Source: Octopus sinensis
Lineage: Eukaryota
Direction of reading: 5' to 3'
Length of the DNA stretch: 64,000 nt
Assembly (NCBI RefSeq): GCF_006345805.1
Contig: NC_042999.1
Span: forward strand, 45,074,001-45,138,000
Numbering within the stretch: the stretch's first letter is position 1; each line of letters starts with the position of its first letter. Positions 1 through 11,321 of the stretch are shown here, in pieces. The translations under genes and the position numbers were made by a program. Under the pieces are notes generated by a model, which searched no databases, was not told the DNA's origin, and saw only the letters and a list, made by a program, of their open reading frames with translations.

Positions 1-37
1 AATAAAATATGGTCGTTTATTCGTGTGTAATAAATAA

Positions 38-181
38 AATACCAAACTCATTCCCTATGGATACCGTATTTATTACAATGAGTGGCTTGTAAACGTATCT
101 AACTCGCTTTCGCTCATTAGATACGTTTACAAGCCACTCGTTGTAATAAATACGGTATCCATAGGGAACTCGTTTGGTATT
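38..181. repeat. Palindromic MITE-like hairpin, unclassified
   Basis: 51-102 is the reverse complement of 117-168 (52 bp, one mismatch) around the loop ctcgctttcgctca. Outer aataccaaac/gtttggtatt also pair. Confidence 0.8.
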
Positions 182-190
182 CTCTATATA

Positions 191-352
191 TACGACGGGC
201 TTCTTTCAGTTTCCGTCTACCAAATCCACTCACAAGGCTTTGGTCGGCCCGAGGCTATAGTAGAAGACACTTGCCCAAGGTGCCACACAGTGGGACTGAA
301 CCCGGAACCATGTGGTTGGTAAACAAGCTACTTACCACACAGCCACTCCTGT
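191..352 (-). mobile_element. tRNA-derived SINE family A, 5' head
   Basis: The minus strand reads caggagtggctgtgtggtaag...ggttcagtcccact (A and B boxes), then gtggcaccttgggcaagtgtctt. The same sequence recurs many times in the window. Confidence 0.85.
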
Positions 353-412
353 ATATATGTATGTATGTATGCATGTATGTATGTATGTATGTATATATAT
401 ATATATATATAT

Positions 413-945
413 ATACTAAGCAATAAGGGTTTAGCAACGAGTTGCCTTACCACATACCGAATTTAGAAATAGCAGTCAAAGGGTTATAGCTATTTCTTCT
501 ACTAAAAAGGGAGATCTCAGTAAAAACAGCATTTGGAAGGCAGACACAAACAGGTAAGAGAGAATGAATTGACTGCAATCTATCATACATTTTTTTAGTT
601 ATCCACGGACGTACGTTTCGAAATCAAGTTTTAAGGAAAGCTCGAAACGTACGTCCGTGGATAACTAAAAAAATGTATGATAGATTGCAGTCAATTCATT
701 CTCTCTTACCTGTTTGTGTCTGCCTTCCAAATGCTGTTTTTACTGAGATCTCCCTTTTTAGTAGAAGAAATAGCTATAACCCTTTGACTGCTATTTCTAA
801 ATTCGGTATGTGGTAAGGCAACTCGTTGCTAAACCCTTATTGCTTAGTATTACTTAAATTTTCCTCGAATGAGGCTTTTACATGCCGAAGACTACTTGGT
901 GTAATTGATAATTTTTCCAAATTAATTAATTTCACCCTTCATTAT
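413..945. mobile_element. Penelope-terminus fold-back element: 209-bp perfect inverted repeat plus tail
   Basis: 413-621 is the exact reverse complement of 642-850, with a 20-nt spacer. The right arm continues ~95 nt. (TA)n on both sides. Homologous to 7911-8696. The right arm starts in the 3' half of a hammerhead motif (gctcGAAAcgtacgTC). Confidence 0.8.
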
Positions 946-976
<31 letters not shown>

Positions 977-1020
977 TATATATATAATGTTTATAAGTAT
1001 GTATGTATTTATATACATAT

Positions 1021-1245
1021 ATCATCATCATCATCATCATCATCATTTAGCATCCGTTCTCCATGCTAGCATGGGTTGGACGGTTCAACTGGGGTCTGTG
1101 AAGCTGGAAGGCTTCATCAGGCCCAGTCAGATCTGGCAGTGTTTCTACGGCTCGATGCCCTTCCTAACGCCAACCACTCCGTGAGTGTAGTGGGTGCTTT
1201 TTACATGCCACCCGCACAGTTGCCAGACAGAGCTGGCAAACGGCC
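1021..1245 (-). mobile_element. SINE/LINE-tail family B ((ATG)n-tailed)
   Basis: (CAT)n then ttagcatccgttctccatgctagcatgggttggacgg...gatgcccttcctaacgccaaccact. More than 10 copies in the window. The ggaagggcatccagc motif recalls RTE-type 3' ends (recall only). Confidence 0.8.
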
Positions 1246-1900
1246 ATATATATACATTTATTTGTGTATGTGTGTGTATATATATAGACACGTGTGTACA
1301 CATATATACATACACAAATATACATATACTTATATATATATATGTATATATGTGTGTGTATATGTAATTATACACATGCACATGCACACATGCATATGTG
1401 TGTGTATATGTAATTATACACATGCACACACACATATGCATATGTGTGCTTATACATGTGTATTTATATACATGTAAAATGCACAGACACACATTTACGC
1501 ACACATGCACATATGCACACACTTATTTTATTTTAAAAAAATATTACTGAAATATCAACGCAGTTTCTTGAGGAAAGTTATTAGAATGAACTCACATGTA
1601 TGAAATTTAAGATGTTTGGTGTATTCCCATGATAGCCCAAAAAACTAAATGGAAAACTTGAGCTTAAAAAAGTCGTTTTTGCACGTGTTGTTTGCAAACT
1701 GTCTTTAAAAAGAAAACGAAATAAACGTTTTTTTTTCTTAATAATTTGCATGTTATATGACAAAAATAATATCAAACAGAAGATATTTCAAGAAAAATGG
1801 GCTCAGATTGCTTACTTAATGATCAGAAATGTGTTAGTGGGAATACTGGAATTAAACGCATTTCAGTTTTAATATATCTAAAAATACTCTTTTCTTACAT

Positions 1901-2035
1901 AGGTGCAGGAGTGGCTGTGTGGTAAGTAGCTTGCTTACCAACCACATGGTTCCGGGTTCAGTCCCACTGCGTGGCACCTTGGGCAAGTGTCTTCTACTAT
2001 AGCCTCAGGCCGACCAGATCCTGGTGAATGGATTT

Positions 2036-2039
<4 letters not shown>
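1901..2039 (+). mobile_element. SINE family A head
   Basis: gcaggagtggctgtgtggtaagtagcttgc...ggttcagtcccactgcg; near-identical to the other heads. Confidence 0.85.
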
Positions 2040-2074
<35 letters not shown>

Positions 2075-2131
2075 TTGACTGCAGCCATGCTGGAGCACCA
2101 CCTTTAGTCAAACAAATCAACCCCATATATA

Positions 2132-3745
2132 TCATCATCATCATCATCATCATTTAACGTCCGCTTTCCATGCTAGCATGGGTTGGACGGTTCAACTGGG
2201 GTCTGGGGAGCCCGAAAGCTGCACCAGTCCAGTCAGATCTGGCAGTGTTTCTACAGCTGGATGCCCTTCCTAACGCCAACCACTCCGAGAGTGTAGTGGG
2301 TGATTTTATGTGCCACCGACACAGGTGCCAGACGAGGCTGGCAAACGGCCACGCTCGGATGGTGTTTTTTATGTGCCACCGACACAGGTGCCAGACGAGG
2401 CTGGCAGACGGCCACGCTCGGATGGTGTTTTTATGTGCCACCGACACAGGTGCCAGACGAGGCTGGCAGACGGCCACGCTCGGATGGTGTTTTTATGTGC
2501 CACCGACACAGGTGCCAGATGAGGCTGGCAAACGGCCACAATCGGATGGTGCTTGTTACGTGCCCACAGCACGGAGGCCAGTCGATGCGGTACTGGCTAC
2601 GGCCACGTTCGGATGGTTTTCTTATGTGCCACGTGCCACCGGCACTGGTACCACAAAGATACAAATTCCATTGATGTTCATCTATTTTGATTTGTTTTGA
2701 TTTGATTTTGATTTTGATTTTCACTTGCCTCAACAGGTCTTCACAAGTGTCACAAGAAGGAAGGTATGCACAGGTGGACTGACTACGTCCCAGGTAGAGG
2801 CCATGGGTTATGGCCTGACTAGTCTTGCCGGGTCTTCGGATGGTGTTTTTATGTGCCACCGACACAGGTGCTAGATGAGGCTGGTGAACGGCCACGATCG
2901 GATGGTGTTTGTCATGTGCCCACGCACTGACTACGGCACTGATGGATTTCTTGTGTGCCACAGGCACTGGTACCACAAGATACAAATTCCATTGATGTTC
3001 ATCTATTTTGTCTATTTTGATTTGATTTTGATTTTGATTTTCACTTGCCTCAACCGGTCTTCACAAGTGTCACAAGAAGGAAGGTATGCACAGGTGGACT
3101 GACTAGTCTTGCCGGGTCTTCGGAAGGTGTTTTTATGTGCCACCGACACAGGTGCCAGATGAGGCTGGCGAACGGCCATGATCGGATGGTGTTTGTTACG
3201 TGCCCACAGCACGGAGGCCGGTCGATGCGGAACTGGCTACGGCCACGTTCGGATGGTTCTCATGTGTGCCACCGGCACTGGTACCACAAAGTGTGTGCCA
3301 CCGGCACTGGTACCACAAAGATACAGATTCCATTGATGTTCATCTATTTTGATTTGTTTTGATTTGATTTTCACTTGCCTCAACAGGTCTTCACAAGTGT
3401 CACAAGAAGGAAGGTATGCACAGGTGGACTGACTACGTCCCAGGTAGGGGCCATGGGTTATGGCCTGACTAGTCTTGCCGGGTCTTCGGATGGTGTTTTT
3501 ATGTGCCACCGACACAGGTGCTAGATGAGGCTGGCGAACAGCCACGATCGGATGGTGTTTGTCATGTGCCCACAGAACGGAGGCCAGTCGATGCGGTACT
3601 GGCTACGGCCACTTTCGGATGGTTTTCTCTTGTGTGCCACCGGCACTGGCACCACAAAGATACAGATTCCATTGATGTTCATCTATTTTGATTTGTTTTG
3701 ATTTGATTTTGATTTGATTTTCACTTGCCTCAACAGGCCTTTGAT
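2132..3745 (-). mobile_element. Family B element with modular internal tandem array
   Basis: (CAT)n tail at 2132-2155. A 62-63-bp unit starts at 2308, 2371, 2433 and 2495. A ~320-350-bp higher-order unit follows (tcacttgcctcaac at 2721, 3041, 3371, 3721). Confidence 0.85.
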
Positions 3746-3834
3746 TTTCACTTGCCTATATATATATATATAATATATATATATATATTATATATATATA
3801 TACATATATATATACACACACACATATATATATA

Positions 3835-3879
<45 letters not shown>

Positions 3880-3902
3880 TACACATATATATTATTATAT
3901 CG

Positions 3903-3937
<35 letters not shown>

Positions 3938-4026
3938 CACATATACATATACACACACACACATATGATGGTTCCTCTGGTTGTCCCGCCCAACTTAGAT
4001 ATATATGTACACACATACACACATAT

Positions 4027-4230
4027 ATTCTTTTGCTTGTTTCAATTATTTGACTGTGGCCATGCTGGAGCACCACCTTTAGTTGAACATATCAACCCCA
4101 GGACTTATTCTTTGTAAGTCTACTACTTATTCTATCGGACTCTTTTGCCAAACCGCTAAGTTACGGGAATGTAAACACCAAAATCGGTTGTCAAGCAATG
4201 GTGGGGCGACAAACACAGACACACAAATAC
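4027..4230 (-). mobile_element. SINE family A body and tail
   Basis: catgctggagcaccacctttag...ccgctaagttacggg; matches 47200-47400 and 21362-21568. Confidence 0.8.
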
Positions 4231-4271
4231 GTGCATATATATATATATGTGTGTGTGTGTGTGTATGTGTG

Positions 4272-4311
<40 letters not shown>

Positions 4312-4314
4312 TAT

Positions 4315-4540
4315 ATTCAGATGAATATGGTACTTAAGTTGAGGTACCAGAATTTAGTATGGTATTATCCATACAATTTCAAAATAAGGTGATTAAAATT
4401 AAAATAAGCAACAAGGATATCCAGAGGTAATGCAGTATGATCGTTTCAAGCAACTCCATTTAATTGAACAAGGCAATCATTACATCAGTTTAAATGCAGA
4501 GCAATCCTCAGCTGCATAAAGACAGAATTTCATTAAGTAT
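4315..4540 (-). mobile_element. Penelope-terminus remnant
   Basis: Homologous to 34126-34246. The minus strand has a degenerate hammerhead (CTGATGT...GAAAcgatcaTA). Lies between (TA)n tracts. Confidence 0.55.
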
Positions 4541-4603
4541 ATATGTATATAATATGTATAAATATTACTTGATTCGAGTGAGGTTGTATTCAAGCAAGGT
4601 TGT

Positions 4604-4868
4604 AGCCAGTGCTGTTAGACTGACTCCTGTGCAGGTGGCATGTAAAAAGCACCATTTGAGTATGGGCGTTGCCAGCACTGCCTGACTGGCTCTCGTGCCG
4701 GTGGTACGTAAAAGCAGCCACTATACTCTCAGAGTGGTTGGTGTTTGGAAGGGCATCCAGCAGTAGAAACTCTGCCAGATCAGATTTGAGCCTGGTGCAG
4801 CAATCTGGTTCACCAGTTCTCAGTCAAATCATCCAACCCATGCCAGCATGGAAAGCGGACGTTAAACA

Positions 4869-4906
<38 letters not shown>
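4604..4906 (+). mobile_element. Family B copy
   Basis: ggtggcatgtaaaaagcacc...gaagggcatccagcagtagaaac...catggaaagcggacgttaaac followed by (GAT)n. Confidence 0.8.
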
Positions 4907-4907
<1 letters not shown>

Positions 4908-5455
4908 GTTAAACTATTTCAAGATAATTTCTTTTCCTCCCTCTATTGTGGTAATATTTTGGTATATACTCAAAAGTATTAAAAAAATTTTTTTATCCTT
5001 TTGTTATAATATTCTTCTTAATCTTCTGAATAACCCTAAATTTTAACTCTATACAATATGGCAATATTGTTTAAAATATTTAATTATAGTAACACATGAT
5101 AAGATTTTCCCCGTTTCATTATCAATGGTTTACAAGTGGCCTGCCCCTTTAAATGTCAGCTAACATTTTGATTTAAGATTTCCTTTACCAAGTCTCATGA
5201 TATTGCTTCAAATAAATCTTGATAAAATCACTCCAATTGCTTCAACTCACGAATCAAAACTGTTCTAGAAGTTTTGAATAAAGAATCTCATGAATTTATT
5301 TTCTGTCACTATTTATATAATCTCTACCAACACTACAGAATTCCAGAAGGAAATCTAGTAGTATATTCATTTCTACTGTATGATGAAATCAGGTGACCAA
5401 TAACTATGAATGAGCTTTACACAACTTTCTACAAGCTTATTTTACCCAAATATAA

Positions 5456-5507
<52 letters not shown>

Positions 5508-5510
<3 letters not shown>

Positions 5511-5690
5511 ATAAAAAAGTCAAGATAGAAAATCTAAAATAATTTTATAAAAAACATTTCAGTACCGGTTTCAGTCATTGAGACTTTTTCAACTGTAAGT
5601 ATGGAAAACAATTAAATTTGGAAAAATTAAAAGAAAAGTTTTTTTAAAAGAATATTTGCTTAGTGTTCAAATACAAGTGGCATTTTCCTT
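5508..5690 (-). mobile_element. Penelope-terminus remnant with degenerate minimal hammerhead (5560-5595)
   Basis: Minus strand: cag TTGAAAA agtc tcaat gact GAAA ccggT A ctg. Stems I and II are intact, stem III is palindromic, and the core has 2 substitutions. Abuts (TA)n. Confidence 0.55.
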
Positions 5691-5699
5691 GTTTCTGCC

Positions 5700-6644
5700 T
5701 GTCTCTCTCTCTCTTTGGAATGTCATCCTTGCTGTATGTGACTGAGCATTATCCTGATGGAAGAACACCTTTCATCTTGAAGCCAAAGATGGTCGTTTTC
5801 CTTCTAGCACTGACTTAAGCTGCTCAAGCTTCTCACAGTAGATCTCCTTTGTTATTGTTTGATTTGGGTTTAAAAGTTCAAAGTAAACTAAACCTTTCAT
5901 ATCCCACCAAACAGATAACAACACCTTGAAGACCTTCTTTGGCCTGGGGTGCTGGTGTTTCTACTTTCCTTACCCACTGTATTCAGTGCTTGAAATTTTT
6001 ATGGAGAACCCATTTCTCATCACCAGTCGCTATTCAGTCCAAGAAAGGTTCATTCATGAGACGTGACAGCAAAGAAGAGCACACATTCACTCTCTGCATG
6101 CAATTAGTCTCGAAAAATTTGCAAGGGACCCATTAGTCCAATTTGCCGACTTTGCTGATGGCATGCAGGTGTTGATGAATGGTTGAATGATCAAATCCAT
6201 GCTTCACTGCTAGTTCCTGAACAGTTATGATGGGATATTGTTCCACCAGCGTTTGCAGGACATCCTTGCCAAGCTCTACAGATCGTCCAGGATGAGGCTC
6301 ATCATTTCTGACTCAGAATTTCTGGAATCGCCATTGACACTGCCTTATCCTTATTGTCATATACTGTATTAATATTCCTCACACTTTCTGTTGCATTGTT
6401 TCCTTTATTAAACTTATGAAGCAAAATATGCTGAATGTGCTCCTTTGGCACTTCCATTATAGCTTTGAAAATATAACAGTTAAAATCGAACTGCACTCTT
6501 CAAATCTTGCACAAAGAATAAGGTTAAAGGTAAAATTACTACCTGCTTTTATAGCAAGTTGATGCAGGTATTTTATCCTATCTTCCTCCGACTTTTAGTT
6601 CATGCAATTAAAAAGAAACGCATTATTTATGGGATGACCCAATA
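5700..6644 (-). pseudogene. Decayed mariner transposon
   Basis: Minus-strand frames give EHIQHILLHKFNKGNNATESVRNI, WVP, IATGDEKWV and HQDNAQSH. Mariner-like TIR tattgggtcatcccataaataatgcg at 6619-6644, followed by TA. Confidence 0.85.
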
Positions 6645-7189
6645 TATAGATTTTTATATATGAATTTTTATATGTATGTATGTGTATGAGTTGCTTATAT
6701 AAAAAGAAGTCTGTTACTGTTTTATTAATATCTATAAGCTTTCTCAACCCATGAGCTAAATTTTTAAAACAAACTTACATTTATATTAATTAACTATTTA
6801 TTTACCATTAATTAATTTATTCTTGACATGCATGATTTCTCTTTAATTTAAAATTTCTTTTTGACTCAAGGTTGTGTTTGATTTTATTCAACATGATATT
6901 TATGTCATTTCTATTTTCAATTTTAATTTTTATTTGTATTTTATTTTCTATTTGTATATTTACTGTCTCAACTTGCATACTTCTGAAAGACTGTTAGTAG
7001 AAACAACCAATCAAATTCAAATTTGTATCTGTCAATGTGAATTATATCAAAATATAAATTATATGTACAACCTCAATTCTTATTCCATTCTGGATCACAA
7101 CTGCCTGATGAACTCTGAGTAGCAGATTTTTGTGATATTTTTGAGATGCTTTTGCAGATTTAATAATAAAGTATATATATATATAAATA

Positions 7190-7795
7190 ACAAACTGAGG
7201 AAAAGAGATCTTTCAAAGGGGTGTGTTAAACATCCAAATCACTGGTACGTCAACTGAATACCATATAAATATTGGTATAATACAATTACAAAGATAAATT
7301 GAACAGGGAGATACTATTGACAATCCAATAATTTATTTATATTATAATATTACATGATATGCTATGAATATAATATAACATAATATCATATAACATAACT
7401 TTAAAAAGCCCATAAAAAGCCAACAAATTGTTTCGACTTATATACATTTTCTAATATACGTACACAATAACAGTTCCCTTATATATAAGTCACTGCAGGG
7501 TCATGGTTTAAAGTTAGACGAAATTCCATCTATCTTTAAACCATGACCCTGAAGTGACTTATATATATAAGGGAACTGTTATTGTGTATATATGCTAGCA
7601 TGGAAAGCGGACGCTAAATGATGATGATGATATCAGAAAATGTATATAAGTTGAAACAATTTGTTGGCCTTTTTATGTTTTTTTTCATAATTTTTCGTGT
7701 TATATAATATTATGTTATATTATATTCATAGTATATCATGTAATATTATACTATAAATAAATTATTGGATTGTCAATAGTATCTCTCTATCTAAG
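7190..7795. mobile_element. Diverged fold-back element with a family B tail inserted in one arm
   Basis: 7308-7513 is an imperfect inverted repeat of 7534-7785, with a 20-nt loop. gctagcatggaaagcggacgctaaatgatgatg (7593-7630) interrupts the right arm only. Confidence 0.75.
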
Positions 7796-7910
7796 TTATA
7801 TATATATATATTATACTATAAATAAATTATTGGATTGTCAATAGTATCTCTCTATCTAAGTTATATATATATATATCTTTATATGTGTGTGTGTATATAT
7901 TATATATATA

Positions 7911-8696
7911 TTATATAATTAGGGCTTAGTAAAATAAAATACTTTGCCACATACTGAACTTAGTAGAAATAGCAGCCAAAAAAAAATTTTTCTTAGCATT
8001 TCTACTACTTAAAGAAAATTTCTCTCAGATAATGTTTACTCCAGACAGCTCACGAAGGTTTGGGGGTAAATACAGAAAAATATCACAAGTACATAGATCG
8101 TTTGAGTACGTCAACGTTTCAAGATTAGCCAAATAAAATCAGCATTTCTTTCGTCAGCTCAAAATTTCTTAATTTGGATTTGGAAACACTAAAAAGAAGG
8201 AACTTTACCTATCATCGAACTTGTCGCTTCAGATGAACCACTCCAACTAAACAGTGTCAACAAATTCAAAATGCGCAGGCGTAAAATTCTGCACTCCCCA
8301 TTCCACCCACGTGGTCTGTCTAGCAAACACTATATTTTAACCGCGAGAACCAAGGCAGTTATGACCGAGAGAAATGAATTATAATATCAACAATTGAGGG
8401 TAAAATTAATTAATTAATCAATTTCACCAAGTGTTCAGTATGTAAAAGGACCATTTAAGGCGAATTCAAAATATTACATTATATAATTAGGGCTTAGTAA
8501 AATAAATTACTTTGCCACATACTGAACTTAGTAGAAATAGCAGCCAAAAAAAAATTTTTCTTAGCATTTCTACTACTTAAAGAAAATTTCTCTCAGATAA
8601 TGTTTACTCCAGACAGCTCACGAAGGTTTGGGGGTAAATACAGAAAAATATCACAAGTACATAGATCGTTTGAGTACGTCAACGTTTCAAGATTAG
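7911..8696 (-). mobile_element. Partial tandem (~1.4 x 568 bp) hammerhead-bearing non-coding retroelement (Penelope pseudo-LTR or retrozyme-like)
   Basis: Near-identical direct repeats 7911-8128 and 8478-8696 with a 568-bp period. (TA)n on both sides. No ORF. Confidence 0.8.
8101..8163 (-). ncRNA. Type I hammerhead ribozyme, canonical core
   Basis: Minus strand: tttgag CTGACGA aaga (22 nt) tctt GAAA cg ttga cg T A ctcaaa. Stem I 6 bp, stem II 4 bp or more, stem III 3 bp with a 4-nt loop, GUA cleavage triplet. Confidence 0.8.
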
Positions 8697-8804
8697 ATAT
8701 ATATATATATATATAAATGTATGCACACACGTACATACACACACATGCATGCATGTGTGTGCATATACACACATGCATGTGTGTGTATGTACATGTGTGC
8801 ATAC

Positions 8805-8844
<40 letters not shown>

Positions 8845-9688
8845 GTATGCACACACGTACATACACACACATGCATGCATGTGTGCGCATACACACACAT
8901 ACATACACCCCCCCCACACACACACACATGTATCATGGGCTTTCACACACTTTCTATTTACAGATTTCACTCCCACAGCATTAAAGAAACACTTGTTGAA
9001 GATACAATGAAGTAGAACTGAACCAAAGATCACATAGTTGCGAAGCACTACATAGCTTAATATACTAAGTAACATTTTGAAGGGAAGTCTTTTGTTTAAA
9101 CAGTATCAGTGTTTTTCATTTATGGCTTAAATAGCTTCAGAAGGAAAATTGCATTAGGAAAGATACTCTGTGAGTTAGAGTTATAATTTCTGATATACAT
9201 TAATTTGTTACATGCTGCAACAGAGAACCTTCGAAATTGAATGATATAATATGATGTTTCATGCTTGTTCAGATAGCATCCCACATTTAGTCTGTGTTCT
9301 TACCAAGCTTTTAAATCTTCCTCTCTATTAAGCACTTATCTATCATCCTAAAAGCAAGATGTTGTATGTCCTATCACCAATAAGGTAGCATCTTTCTAAC
9401 TCTGCTAACACTTTCTTTCAGTTATAATGTTTCAAAGATGATAGAAGCAAATCATTGAAGACCATCTCCCCTGGCACCTTGGATTTCGTGGTGACCTTTT
9501 ATCAAGTAGTAATATGGATTTCATAAAGTTATATCTGGTAGTAATTAAGATCATTTCTATGATATACAAGAAGTCTCAAGTACAAGAAAACTATCATTTA
9601 TACAAAAGTTGCTGAATACAATAACAAAAAGGTGTTTGTTTCATTCACAAACAATATTATAACAACTACTGCTAAGATTTTGGTTTCT

Positions 9689-10100
9689 TATTTCTTTATT
9701 GCCCAGAAGGGGCTAAACATAGAGGGGACAAACAAGGACAGACAAAGGGATTAAGTTGATTACATCGACCCCAGTATGCAACTGGTACTTAATTTATCGA
9801 CCCCAAAAGGATGAAAGGCAAAGCTGACCTTGGCGGAATTTGAACTCAAAACGTAATGGCAGACGAAATACCTATTTCTTTACTACCCACAAGGGGCTAA
9901 ACACAGAGGGGACAAAGAAGGACAGACAAACGGATTAAGTCGATTATATTGACCCCAGTGCGTAACTGGTACTTATTTAATCGACCCCGAAAGTATGAAA
10001 GGCAAAGTCGACCTTGGCTGAATTTGAACTCAGAATATAACGAAATACTGCTAAGCATTTCGCCCGGCATGCTAATGTTTCTGCCTGGTTGCCACCTTTA
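9689..10100 (-). mobile_element. Dimeric tRNA-derived SINE family C with 22-bp target-site duplication
   Basis: Two monomers carrying gagttcaaattc and gactttgcctttcat.ctttcggggtcgat. Flanked by tactgctaagat(t/c)ttggtttct at 9667-9688 and 10105-10126. Confidence 0.85.
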
Positions 10101-10764
10101 ATATTACTGCTAAGATCTTGGTTTCTGTCTCCAACTAAGAAAGAAATTTCAATAAATGAAGAATTCATTCTGTATAGCATTGAGTATGCCATCCATTAGC
10201 TTAATTATCCAAATTCATGCTAGTGGTTCATTTTAATTACTTCCCTTTGCTCATTTCATTGTTGACTAGCTTAAAAGCCACATTCCATGTGGACTTTTAA
10301 GGTAGCTCCTGTGAAGGGCTAATTGAGCTTACAGTCCAAACCTAAAGAGAGCAATAACAATAAAGCATTTATTGGTGCCCTACCAATATGGTATTACTTT
10401 AAATTCAATTTAAATGAAAAACTTGTGAGTTCACAAATTTTTGGTGTTCTTTTAAAATTAGAATTTCCAACTGTTAGCATATAACAAAACCTCATCTAGA
10501 CCTGATCTCAATGCTGGATGTTCAAGAACCAAGTTGAAGGGCAGATTTTCAATCCTGGGATCATCCTGATTCCCAAAAAGATATAATATGTCTATGTAGA
10601 GCAACTGTGGACTGAGATATAGGGGTCCTAGATGGACAGGCAAACAGAATTACATGTTATTATAGATTATATAAATTAGGCTGGGAAAAACTTATTCATA
10701 ACTATTTTTCTGTTTATAAAAATCTATGCTAATTGATTATCAAGTTTGGTTAGACAATAGTAAG

Positions 10765-10795
10765 CTGATGAGGTCTGATAGGCTGAAACATTTCA
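10765..10795 (+). ncRNA. Degenerate hammerhead-like motif
   Basis: CTGATGA ggtc tgata ggct GAAA catttc. The core is intact, but stem II is weak and no stem I partner is evident. Confidence 0.35.
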
Positions 10796-10829
10796 TAGTT
10801 GTTTTTCTTTGGCAACAATGTTCACAATT

Positions 10830-11000
10830 GTTTTCACTTAGGTATGCATATCAGGCATAGGCACAATTTTTTGAGAAATGGTGTGAAACATGGCTCATGG
10901 TGGGGCCATGCTACTAAAAAAATTTTCATTGATGTTCCTTCTAGAAAGTCCCACAATCTGCAATTTTCTGATGACAGATGTAAATTAACTTTGAGAAATT
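10830..11000 (-). pseudogene. Possible very old Tc1/mariner transposase remnant
   Basis: Minus strand tttttagtagcatggccccaccatg resembles a frameshifted FQQDGAPPH. Confidence 0.25.
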
Positions 11001-11321
11001 AATCATCAACTAATGAGACATGTGAATATTTCATGGAATTAATGGTAAACCTACTGGGTTATTTCTGAAAACTTTATCCAAAACATCTGAGAGCGTAGTC
11101 TGTGTCTGTATGGAAAGATAGTTGCACATCTGCTCCTCATTGAAAAATGGAAGAAATTGGAATAGGATGATTACATAATGCATTTATATATACACATTAT
11201 ATACTTTAAGCACAATTTTATAGATTTAATTACACAGTACTCATCAAATAAATATATTATCTTATTTTTCCTTTTTTCCCCATAAACAAAAACAAATATC
11301 ACCATAGTTAAATTGAATATG

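Noticed and set aside
1901-1975. tRNA gene
   Set aside because: A and B boxes are present, but there is no complete cloverleaf and the sequence runs into a multi-copy SINE body. The same holds for the other SINE heads.
2308-2555. CRISPR-like appearance of the 62-bp array (and the ~38-bp array at 17383-17535)
   Set aside because: The units are contiguous with no unique spacers, there are no cas genes, and the context is eukaryotic repeat DNA.
6983-7004. Hammerhead-like ctgaaagactgttagtagaaac
   Set aside because: The core has an extra base, and stems I and III cannot be formed.
9330-9520. Faint LINE RT-like phrases (FLSV...HLGFRG)
   Set aside because: Too many stops and too few conserved residues to support a call by eye.
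10458-10643. 61-aa non-repetitive ORF as a host exon
   Set aside because: No recognisable domain, no convincing donor, and no partner coding exons.
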